DNA from: a virus
Direction: 5' to 3' (one strand)
Length of the DNA: 64,000 bases
Virus record (IMG/VR): IMGVR_UViG_3300021338_000004
Location: 13,176 to 77,175 of that record
Positions 51,106 to 58,760 of this stretch are shown here, piece by piece; positions within the stretch are counted from its first letter, which is position 1; every line of letters begins with the position of its first letter. Below the pieces are notes generated by a model that saw nothing but the letters and a program-made list of their open reading frames with translations, was not told the DNA's origin and made no database searches. The translations under genes were made by a program, and so were the position numbers.

Positions 51106-52206
51106 ATGGACCAGTACGACGACACCACAATTATCCCCAACTTAGGATCCCAGCTCGGCCTGCTGATTGATGACGGCCTGACAGAACCTCCCAGCGATTC
51201 CGGCCGGTATTTTTCCGCTCCTTCTATCGATGTCAACGAATACGAGCGGATAGTGCTCTGCATGTCCGGCGGTAAAGATTCGATTGCGTGCCTACTACAC
51301 CTCATTGATATCGGTGTCGATCTGAGATTGGTCGAGCTCTGGCATCACGACGTTGATGGGCGCGAAGGATCATCATTGATGGATTGGCCATTCATGGCCG
51401 ATTACAATCGAAAGCTGGCTGAAGCTTTCGGGCTGCCAATCTACTTTTCATGGCTGGAAGGCGGCTTTGAAGGCGAAATGCTAAAAGAAAACGCTTACAG
51501 CCGCCCTCACCACATAGAAACCCCGGACGGACTAATCACCCTGGAGCGCGACACTCGCCGGGCTAAGCCTGGCACTCGCTTGAAATTCCCCCAGGTGACC
51601 GCCAGCCTTCAGACAAGGTGGTGTAGCTCAGCGCTAAAAATCGATGTAGGTAGACGAGCCCTAAACAACCAGACCCGTTTCGACGGCAAGAAAGTTCTTT
51701 TCATCACGGGGGAGCGCCGAGAAGAAAGCCCCAACCGGGCAAAGTACAACCAACTTGAACCGCACGCATGTGACCGTCGTTCTGGGCGCAAAGCGCGTCA
51801 CGTTGATTCTTGGCGACCTGTTTTGAATTGGACAGAAGAGCAAGTATGGGATGCCCTGCAGCGACACGGCGTAATATCTCCTGTGCCGTACCGGCTTGGA
51901 TGGCCGCGATCATCCTGCATGAAATGCATCTTCAACGATGAGGTGATATGGGCAACACTGAGGCACTATTTCCCTGGGAGTCTCGACCTAATAGGCGCGT
52001 ATGAAACTCGTTTTGGGACAACTATAAATCGAAACCGGATTAACGTCATTGACTTATCTAAGAAGGCTAAACCGCTCGAAATTGATGACAGGGAAGCGCT
52101 CATGCAAGCCATGAAACGCGACTATTCGCTACCGATCATCCAGCAAGGCGGCACCTGGCTATTGCCACCAGGTGCTCACGCAAAAACCAACTGCGGCCCA
52201 TCGTAG
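51106..52206 (+). CDS. Phosphoadenosine phosphosulfate (PAPS) reductase-family protein
   Basis: MSGGKDS PP-loop, RWCSSALKI, GERREES.NRAKY, RSSCMKC; ATG 51106 with AGGAG RBS. Confidence 0.88.
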   Translation: MDQYDDTTIIPNLGSQLGLLIDDGLTEPPSDSGRYFSAPSIDVNEYERIVLCMSGGKDSIACLLHLIDIGVDLRLVELWHHDVDGREGSSLMDWPFMADYNRKLAEAFGLPIYFSWLEGGFEGEMLKENAYSRPHHIETPDGLITLERDTRRAKPGTRLKFPQVTASLQTRWCSSALKIDVGRRALNNQTRFDGKKVLFITGERREESPNRAKYNQLEPHACDRRSGRKARHVDSWRPVLNWTEEQVWDALQRHGVISPVPYRLGWPRSSCMKCIFNDEVIWATLRHYFPGSLDLIGAYETRFGTTINRNRINVIDLSKKAKPLEIDDREALMQAMKRDYSLPIIQQGGTWLLPPGAHAKTNCGPS

Positions 52207-52210
52207 CAAC

Positions 52211-52561
52211 TCAAACATGAAGCGCTACCTCTTTAGAGTGCATCCGCAACCAGCAGTTGGATTGCCCTTTGAATACATCCTTACAGCCACCAGGAAGGCC
52301 GTTGCCGCAAACTTCACATCGATCCTTAGCCCACGCCTTCTCCTGCTCCTGTAGGCGCTCATAATCGTTAAGGATTAATGTGACGATAAACTCATTGGCA
52401 TCATAAGGCGTGATGCCTCCACGCACATTACGGCAATAATCCATCTTCTTTCGCACAGATTCAGGAATCTCAAACTCAACAACCTTCATTCCCATTTCTG
52501 CCAATCGCTCTTTATCACGCCTGCGCTGAGCCTTCTTGCGATCTTTGTCACTGGTTGCCAT
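52211..52561 (-). CDS. Hypothetical phage protein with C-terminal Cys cluster
   Basis: DRKKAQRRRDK N-terminus; CEVCGNGLPGGC...CW. Confidence 0.7.
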   Translation of the reverse strand: MATSDKDRKKAQRRRDKERLAEMGMKVVEFEIPESVRKKMDYCRNVRGGITPYDANEFIVTLILNDYERLQEQEKAWAKDRCEVCGNGLPGGCKDVFKGQSNCWLRMHSKEVALHV

Positions 52562-52741
52562 ACGCGAGCCTATTTTTTCCCATGGGAAATTCTCCTTTCT
52601 TCCGGTCTACACAAAGCACCTGGCCTGCCAATACCCGCACTTTGCAGCTTTTCAAAACCCATCCTCAAATACTAATCGCCGACATATACGACTGACTGTC
52701 GTAAAATCTGGGAACAGCGACATTTGTCGTATATCTCAGTG

Positions 52742-52984
52742 TTATGTTCCACTCTTAACTTTATCGATCACCTCTATAAGCTCCGCGTCTTCAGGTACTC
52801 GCTTATCCAGCCAAACCGCCTTGCTTCGCTTAACTCCCTCCTTGTCAGTGTGCGATACAGTTACACGAACATATGGAATCCAGTTGTCGAAAACATAGCT
52901 AACAGCCTTTCTTGCCAGCCTAAATCCGACTACGGAAACAGCTAATATCCCCGCTACGTAAAAGAACAAATCAATAAGACTCAA
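52742..52984 (-). CDS. Cassette-encoded small membrane protein
   Basis: N-terminal TM; stop TAA inside ACATAAC. Confidence 0.65.
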   Translation of the reverse strand: MSLIDLFFYVAGILAVSVVGFRLARKAVSYVFDNWIPYVRVTVSHTDKEGVKRSKAVWLDKRVPEDAELIEVIDKVKSGT

Positions 52985-53050
52985 CCTGCCATCCTCTTAA
53001 TCCGTGAAACATAACAACAAGCGGCACGGGACAGGCCCGTGCGCTCCGGG

Positions 53051-53218
53051 TTATACCTCTCTGTCACGCACAGCTACTGCACCAGCAACCAGCACCTCAA
53101 ACAGACGCGGTTTGTTTTTGTGCCAGTTATTGAGAGTCTGAACAGACTCACCCGTGATACGAGATAGTTCAGCCAGGCTTTTCAGCCCGGCTGCTTTGCA
53201 AATTTCAGAGGGCTTCAT
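53051..53218 (-). CDS. Cassette-encoded small HTH protein (55 aa, MKPSEICKAAGLKSLAELSRITGESVQTLNNW...)
   Basis: Hand-translated; stop TAA inside GTATAAC. Confidence 0.75.
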   Translation of the reverse strand: MKPSEICKAAGLKSLAELSRITGESVQTLNNWHKNKPRLFEVLVAGAVAVRDREV

Positions 53219-53219
53219 C

Positions 53220-53420
53220 TTACCAACCCTGCTTTTTTAAGTGATCCAATGCGGCCTGATAGCTGCCAACCCATTTTTCAGCCCCGCAGTACGTATAATC
53301 TATGGCCCACTCGTCACAGGACTCAAAGGTTTTGATAATCGCTTCTTTGTGGTGCTGATCAGACCACACTTTGATTTTAATAATGCCTACGGGTGCGCTC
53401 ATGAATTCTGCGGTTATCAT
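53220..53420 (-). CDS. Cassette-encoded hypothetical protein upstream of the HTH gene
   Basis: ATG 53420 with GAGGGG RBS; coupled to the HTH gene. Confidence 0.6.
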   Translation of the reverse strand: MITAEFMSAPVGIIKIKVWSDQHHKEAIIKTFESCDEWAIDYTYCGAEKWVGSYQAALDHLKKQGW

Positions 53421-53471
53421 CGCTCTATCCCCTCTACGTATCGGCTGGGCCACTCCCTTACCGTTGATCCC

Positions 53472-53524
53472 ATAATACTAAAACATTTTTAGTATATCAA
53501 GCATTTTACTAAAATATTTTTAGT
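53472..53524 (-). promoter_or_regulatory. Sigma70 promoter TTGATA-N17-TATTAT with two palindromic operators ACTAAAA(C/T)ATTTTTAGT
   Basis: One operator fills the spacer, the second lies upstream of -35. Confidence 0.75.
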
Positions 53525-53587
53525 TTATTTACGCAGAGGTATAACAACCCACAGCAGCGGACAAGCCGCTGCGCTCCGGGTTATGAA

Positions 53588-53797
53588 TCACTCACCATGA
53601 AAATCAGGGCGGTAACTCGGTGGTAGCCCCAGCTCTTTTTCCCGCTGAAACTGTTTTAGATACCTCCTGTAGTTGCACAGGTGTCGCCACTCATCGCTAT
53701 ACAGATCGAAACCATGATCCAGCTCATCAAACATCTGCTGTTCTATGCGCTCCAAATCAGCGATAACTTTCTTGCAATATGTGATTCCGTAATTCAT
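53588..53797 (-). CDS. Cassette-encoded hypothetical protein
   Basis: ATG lies inside the GTTATGA core; stop lies just before TCATAAC. Confidence 0.6.
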   Translation of the reverse strand: MNYGITYCKKVIADLERIEQQMFDELDHGFDLYSDEWRHLCNYRRYLKQFQREKELGLPPSYRPDFHGE

Positions 53798-53874
53798 AAC
53801 AAAGCCATCAATCGCGGACGGTTCACCCGCGTCCTGTTTCCTGCTGTTACTAATGCCGCCGTTTATGGCGGGGG

Positions 53875-54138
53875 TTATACCGCGCTCTCATGCTGTCTGA
53901 TTTCACCAGGGTTACCTCTTAGCCAATACGCAAGCGCAAAGGATCCGCAGCGAATTAACGGCGTTAGAAACCCTTCATAGGTTGAATTGCACTCAGGGCA
54001 AACAGCCGTGCTACCGGCTTTATCCTGCCCAGCAAACTGTAGACGACAGTTAGTACAAACAAAATGCGGTATAACAACAGGCTCTTGGCTGGACCCGCTT
54101 AGCGCTTCCGGGTTTTCAGTTTCGTTCTGTCCGTTCAT
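53875..54138 (-). CDS. Cassette-encoded zinc-ribbon protein
   Basis: CTNC...CPEC; GGAGG RBS; stop inside GTATAAC. Confidence 0.6.
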   Translation of the reverse strand: MNGQNETENPEALSGSSQEPVVIPHFVCTNCRLQFAGQDKAGSTAVCPECNSTYEGFLTPLIRCGSFALAYWLRGNPGEIRQHESAV

Positions 54139-54228
54139 CTTTATCGCCTCCATCAAGTTAAATCGCGGGCCGCAAAGCCAGCCCCCCTGGGCGAGCGAGC
54201 CAGCCAGCATCACTAATTTAGCTTTGGG

Positions 54229-54444
54229 TTAGTGTGCTCGCCCTTGCCAGTTCAAACAGGGCGTGCCACCACTGTCGTTGACGATTTCATGACAAAATCC
54301 TTTCAGATACCTCCTGCCATGGCGCTGTTTGATTGTCCCTAGGACCATAATGGCCACGGCGGACACGGCGGCATCAAATTCATTTTCAGGCAGCTGTGTC
54401 AGAGCCTGCATCAAATCGTTTATATTCTCGATTTCTTTACTCAC
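54229..54444 (-). CDS. Hypothetical protein (cassette-like)
   Basis: GTG start with GGAG RBS; stop inside CACTAAC. Confidence 0.55.
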   Translation of the reverse strand: MSKEIENINDLMQALTQLPENEFDAAVSAVAIMVLGTIKQRHGRRYLKGFCHEIVNDSGGTPCLNWQGRAH

Positions 54445-54530
54445 TGATCTCTCCAATAATTCGCACATTAAAAACGGCTTAAATCTCGCTCCTCGCCGAA
54501 CAGCGCAAGCGCTGCCGCTTAAAGCAAGGG

Positions 54531-54770
54531 TTATGCGTCCCAATTCGCCAGATCCACATTAAAACCATACTTCTGCAGAAGCCTGCTGCTGAACTGGAAC
54601 TGAGAACCGTAGAATGTGTGAGTCGATAAATACTCATCAAATTCGCCGGTCTCTTTATTCACAATCCAACCGCAACCATCCCCTATTTTCAGGAAATGGG
54701 TTTCTGAGGCTTCCACGGCTGCAAGCTCTTCCCAATTATCGATAGGTAGACATTGCATAGATCTATTCAC
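54531..54770 (-). CDS. Hypothetical protein (cassette-like)
   Basis: Stop inside GCATAAC. Confidence 0.6.
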   Translation of the reverse strand: MNRSMQCLPIDNWEELAAVEASETHFLKIGDGCGWIVNKETGEFDEYLSTHTFYGSQFQFSSRLLQKYGFNVDLANWDA

Positions 54771-55057
54771 CCTTGCCCGTTCATCGGCAACTGCTTCGAC
54801 AACAATGCAGACACAACACGCTTAGCTTCCTCAACTGAGGGCAGGAAACCATCAGAGACATCAACAACAGACAACCCGCCTCTGCTAACTTCAAAGAACA
54901 CTGAGTCATCCGGGCTATCCAATACATGAACAGAGACCATGGGGCGACCGGCATGGTCCTGAAGGGTAACCACCAAGTTCCCACCATCTTCAACAAACGC
55001 ACGCTTTACTGCATGTTTTAAAGCATGGCTTTGCAGCAACATTTCTAATGCAGTCAT
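54767..55057 (-). CDS. Hypothetical protein
   Basis: Coupled by overlap; ATG within GTTATGA. Confidence 0.6.
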   Translation of the reverse strand: MTALEMLLQSHALKHAVKRAFVEDGGNLVVTLQDHAGRPMVSVHVLDSPDDSVFFEVSRGGLSVVDVSDGFLPSVEEAKRVVSALLSKQLPMNGQG

Positions 55058-55248
55058 AACCTATCCCACTCAAACGATAGACAATTACAAATACACCCCA
55101 GGGCGTGCCAACCTGCCGTCAGTGCTCTATATCCAGCGCCGCGCCCATTCAGTCGTTTAGCGTAACCAGCCGAAACCGGTATGGGCGTCATGGAAAGTGA
55201 GTCTTTACGGGTTCCTGTCCGGTTATCCGGTCTGTAGGGCGTATTCAT
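55054..55248 (-). CDS. Hypothetical protein
   Basis: 64 aa, fills an operon gap with ATGA overlap. Confidence 0.4.
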   Translation of the reverse strand: MNTPYRPDNRTGTRKDSLSMTPIPVSAGYAKRLNGRGAGYRALTAGWHALGCICNCLSFEWDRL

Positions 55249-55253
55249 AATGA

Positions 55254-55688
55254 TCAGTCTGAATCCTGAAAAAGCGGCTTATAGTGAGTAATACCTTCTT
55301 CATTCCATCCGCTTTTTTTGTGATAAGCCCGAACCTGGTAGCGTGAAGCCTTCTCTTTACGGCTTGGAATAAAGCACCAGAACATATCCCAATCTTCCTC
55401 ACCTAACAGGTCATCGCTTGGCGGCGTAGACGCCAGAGTCCAGCCTTCGCCAGGGTCCAGACCATGCAAAACATCAGCAAGGAATTCTATCTTTGAGATC
55501 TGCTCGGCTTCTTCAAATCCACAGCAAGATTTAAGCTCATCGTAGCGATCAGACACCCCCTGGGCCGCAATCGCCGCTTCCGTGCCTATAGCCGCACTGC
55601 GCTTATAGCTATCACTCGACAGGCCCAGCACTTCCAAAACGAACTTCGCACGTTCTATGCACATGTCAGAACTCCTCCTGATCATCAA
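55254..55688 (-). CDS. Hypothetical phage protein
   Basis: C-terminal GW..ASTPP...ITHYKPL (DUF551-like); start may be 55664. Confidence 0.6.
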   Translation of the reverse strand: MMIRRSSDMCIERAKFVLEVLGLSSDSYKRSAAIGTEAAIAAQGVSDRYDELKSCCGFEEAEQISKIEFLADVLHGLDPGEGWTLASTPPSDDLLGEEDWDMFWCFIPSRKEKASRYQVRAYHKKSGWNEEGITHYKPLFQDSD

Positions 55689-56529
55689 AAACTAGGATCC
55701 TGTCTGATTCAGGGTCTATTTTTGCTTGAATAACGCCATGGCTCGCCAATAGCTTGAGCGCTTTATCAACGCTTTGTCTGAAGGCGGGGAGGCTGTTGTC
55801 TTTTGAGCCACATAGGCTCTGAAGGCGGGCAACCGATATTGCATAGCGGTTGTCTTTTTTGTGGCTGGCAAAGTAGATCTGGAGCCACTTTGCAATGTGA
55901 CTATTGCCAAGCGCTTTTCGCGCTTCCCAATCAATGCGCGTAAACCCATGGCCGGCAAAGAAATCGATCAGCTCAACGGGCAACTGATACTCCCATGTAC
56001 GCGAAACTTTTCCGTTGTCGCCCATGTACTTCCAGCGATCCAGAAGACTGAAGGAGAATCGCGTGCATCTCACACGCATTTCACCTGCTTCCTTGTATTT
56101 TCTGCTTATAACCCCTTCCAGGGTCGCGGACTTCAAGCGCCGCATGCACTCCAGAAGTCTTTTGTAATAAAAACTGTTACTTCCCCATTCTAATATTTTC
56201 AGGAGATCGGACCGTTTCACGCTAACAGGGCGGTCTATAGATCGGTCGCGGGCAACATGAAGCAGAGCAAGATAGACATCTAAATCATCCTGGCGAAGCT
56301 CGATGCCCGTAAACGTCAGCCGAAGCGGATAAAGCCCCTCATCGATCCGTGCCAACTCCTGACATTGGTATTGCTGCCTAGCCGTCGTTGTACCGATCGA
56401 AAACAATGCGTAGCGCACCAGTTCATTAGGTACACAGCGGACACGTTTCGCCCAAGGACGATCCGTCAGGTGACGGGGTTGAAAACTATCTGCGCAACCG
56501 CTGTTAGCGGCCATTCCCATTGCGCTCAT
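55666..56529 (-). CDS. trfA: TrfA-family plasmid replication initiator
   Basis: PNELVRYALFS, FTGIELRQDDLDVY, IAKWLQIYFASH, LCGS...FRQSVDKAL resemble RK2 TrfA. Confidence 0.85.
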   Translation of the reverse strand: MSAMGMAANSGCADSFQPRHLTDRPWAKRVRCVPNELVRYALFSIGTTTARQQYQCQELARIDEGLYPLRLTFTGIELRQDDLDVYLALLHVARDRSIDRPVSVKRSDLLKILEWGSNSFYYKRLLECMRRLKSATLEGVISRKYKEAGEMRVRCTRFSFSLLDRWKYMGDNGKVSRTWEYQLPVELIDFFAGHGFTRIDWEARKALGNSHIAKWLQIYFASHKKDNRYAISVARLQSLCGSKDNSLPAFRQSVDKALKLLASHGVIQAKIDPESDRILVFDDQEEF

Positions 56530-56644
56530 AACAACTCCTAAAAATACCCGCTTTTTTGAAACGAGCGAATCCGTGGGCGTCAGAATTGGCGTTAGCCGCT
56601 GACCCCATTCAAAAATGTATGGCTTAGGAAAAAGCTAAAAGCTT

Positions 56645-57076
56645 CTAGGCGAGGCTTTCTAGCGCATCCATTTCTCGCTGCAGTTGATCCAGGTGCATCC
56701 GGTTCGTTCTGTGAGAGTGTCGTGCTCTCTCCACATTACGCCGCGCCGAATCCATTGCTTCCTGAATCTCTTCTCGCGTCCGATTGGGCTCTTCATAGTC
56801 ACTGCCCAGAAAATCTTTAGCGTGCTTCTGTAAGTGCTCAACGCCTGGCGAACTTTTGTTCTCGTCATTCGCCGCATCGCTGGCCAAAGACTCATATAGC
56901 TCACGGTCACGATTGCGACAGAAACGGTGTAACGCCTCCCGGCAAGCCTGGTATTTCAGGTCATTCACCTCGGCAACATCCACCGGTTTTGCACCCATGA
57001 GAATGGCGGCTGCAATCTTCAATTCCAGCTCACCGGATATTGCAGATGCAGTGCCTTTTGATACTTCACTACCCAT
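56645..57076 (-). CDS. Hypothetical protein (HTH-like N-terminus plus coiled coil)
   Basis: Likely start MGSEV. Confidence 0.6.
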   Translation of the reverse strand: MGSEVSKGTASAISGELELKIAAAILMGAKPVDVAEVNDLKYQACREALHRFCRNRDRELYESLASDAANDENKSSPGVEHLQKHAKDFLGSDYEEPNRTREEIQEAMDSARRNVERARHSHRTNRMHLDQLQREMDALESLA

Positions 57077-57098
57077 GATATTTCTTCCCCTGGCGGCA

Positions 57099-57545
57099 TC
57101 ATGCCGCCTGGATAATCTCCCCTGTCTGAGGATCAAACCCGATGGCCTGCTTGATCACCTCATCAAGCAAAGGCCACTCCCTAATTAACGAAAATCCAAT
57201 CTTTTCGATCACACTATCCGGGAGCAATCCCCACGTTACAGCGCATAACTCTGCATCACTGCCATAACGTTCGAAGAACTCCCAGTCTTTACCGTGTCGG
57301 TAAACATGCCCTTCCGGTAACTTGCTCCGTTCAACCGGCTGATGGCATGCAGCGCAAAGACTGTAGCCATGAAAGTGTGCGAACTGGCGGCGCGATCCGT
57401 AATCAGGATCATGATGAAACCCACACCACAACTCAGTGTTCTCCATGAGAACATCGCCTCTGAGTCGGCAAGCGATACAGCCAACGTGGGCAATTACTCC
57501 CTCGATATAAAGCCGTTCAGCTTGCGTGGGCGTTCGTCCATTCAT
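57099..57545 (-). CDS. ref: Ref-like (recombination enhancement function) HNH nuclease
   Basis: MNGRTPT..., GCIAC, FHH, AHF..YSLCAACHQ, FFERYGSD.EL. Confidence 0.7.
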   Translation of the reverse strand: MNGRTPTQAERLYIEGVIAHVGCIACRLRGDVLMENTELWCGFHHDPDYGSRRQFAHFHGYSLCAACHQPVERSKLPEGHVYRHGKDWEFFERYGSDAELCAVTWGLLPDSVIEKIGFSLIREWPLLDEVIKQAIGFDPQTGEIIQAA

Positions 57546-57555
57546 ACGCCACCCC

Positions 57556-58086
57556 TTATGAGTCGGCAACGGCACCTAAATACGTAGCCGGATAGCGCCT
57601 TTCAGCGCACCAGTCCGTAAATAGGCGGCAAATTTTCACAAACCGTTTGCGCGCTTCGTCGTTATGATCAAGCTCAGCCCGGGACGTTACTTTGCAGTTG
57701 TGACGAACCCACTTTACAGCCATGGATTCGTCATACTGACGCCCGTCTGGGGAGCGCTCTGACAGATACAACCAGAAACGGGGATCCTTACAAAGCATGG
57801 CAGCCCGATTAGAGAAATAACCCCCTGTCGGGTCGTGCACGTCATAATTCAAAACTTGAAGCGTTCCGCCCAACATCATCTTGTTGAGCTTGCGCGCATT
57901 CTTAAACATGTCAAAAAGCTCTTCCGACACCTCAAATGAAATCCGGTGTGTCGGAACGCCTTGTGGATGTGAAATTCTCAGCACTGGCTTACAAAACGCC
58001 ACTGCTGCTTCCAGACCTTCAAAGTCCAGAGGATTAGGCCCAGAGCCAAACTGCCCTGAAGCACCGCCATATCCGTTATCGCTCAT
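57556..58086 (-). CDS. Hypothetical phage protein
   Basis: AAMLCKDPRFWLYL...CKVTSRAELD.N.EA, a recurrent phage motif; likely start 58086. Confidence 0.7.
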   Translation of the reverse strand: MSDNGYGGASGQFGSGPNPLDFEGLEAAVAFCKPVLRISHPQGVPTHRISFEVSEELFDMFKNARKLNKMMLGGTLQVLNYDVHDPTGGYFSNRAAMLCKDPRFWLYLSERSPDGRQYDESMAVKWVRHNCKVTSRAELDHNDEARKRFVKICRLFTDWCAERRYPATYLGAVADS

Positions 58087-58221
58087 AATGTCCACTACAT
58101 CCTTTTGTGCTGCCTTCCTTTTACAGGGCGCAGCAACAATGAACATCAAAAAAAAATTTTTATTGATGTTCTGCTTCCTGATTTACGTCACCGTCACGCC
58201 AGTGGACAGGCGCGGCAGACC

Positions 58222-58524
58222 CTACGTATATGAAACCTCGCCGGTTTCAAATTTACCCACCATCTCAGAGCCTAGCTCTGTGATCTGAATCCACGTAGGT
58301 GTCCGCCCTCGCCCCTGCCCCGGTAATGATGTCCGGTTGTTGACGGTGATTAACCCCTGCTCCTGAAGCTTTGCGATCGCCTCTTCTTTTTGCTCGCGCT
58401 GCACCTTTGCCATTAACAGGCGACGAGTGACATCGCTTTGCTTTAGGCGAGATTCAGCTGCATTGCTCAGCATTACCAAAAGCCGAACATCTACTGAGGT
58501 GTACCCTGCTTCGCTTGATTCCAT
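58222..58524 (-). CDS. Winged-helix DNA-binding protein
   Basis: AIAKLQEQGLI...GRTPTWIQITELG. Confidence 0.7.
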   Translation of the reverse strand: MESSEAGYTSVDVRLLVMLSNAAESRLKQSDVTRRLLMAKVQREQKEEAIAKLQEQGLITVNNRTSLPGQGRGRTPTWIQITELGSEMVGKFETGEVSYT

Positions 58525-58662
58525 TGGAAATATTTCTCCGTATTTTGAGAGGTAAAGCCGCCAATTCTAACAGCTTTACCAACACTCCACTGTACGGCAT
58601 CGCATTAATTTATATATACATGATGGCATAAACACAACCATACATACAAAAAAACATTATTC

Positions 58663-58691
58663 TTGACAGGAATAAATACAGAAATTAACTT
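58663..58691 (+). promoter_or_regulatory. Sigma70 promoter TTGACA-N17-TAACTT for the recombination operon
   Basis: Consensus -35, 17-nt spacer. Confidence 0.7.
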
Positions 58692-58760
58692 ATAAAAACG
58701 GTTGCGCGATTGGCAGAGCGCAGCCGCTTCAAAAGCAACGATAAGGAAAGGATTAAGATC

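Larger units (their letters stand above)
52670..54536 (-). mobile_element. Integron-like gene cassette array (attC-like sites; no integrase in the window)
   Basis: Clear sites at 53009-53056, 53539-53586 and 53794-53880; degenerate sites at 52670-52747, 54069-54118, 54148-54234 and 54465-54536. Four cassettes have a 5' GTT core complementary to their 3' AAC core. Confidence 0.75.

Noticed and set aside
55054-55060. GTTATGA as an additional attC core or attI
   Set aside because: No upstream hairpin or recognisable attI structure; may be chance
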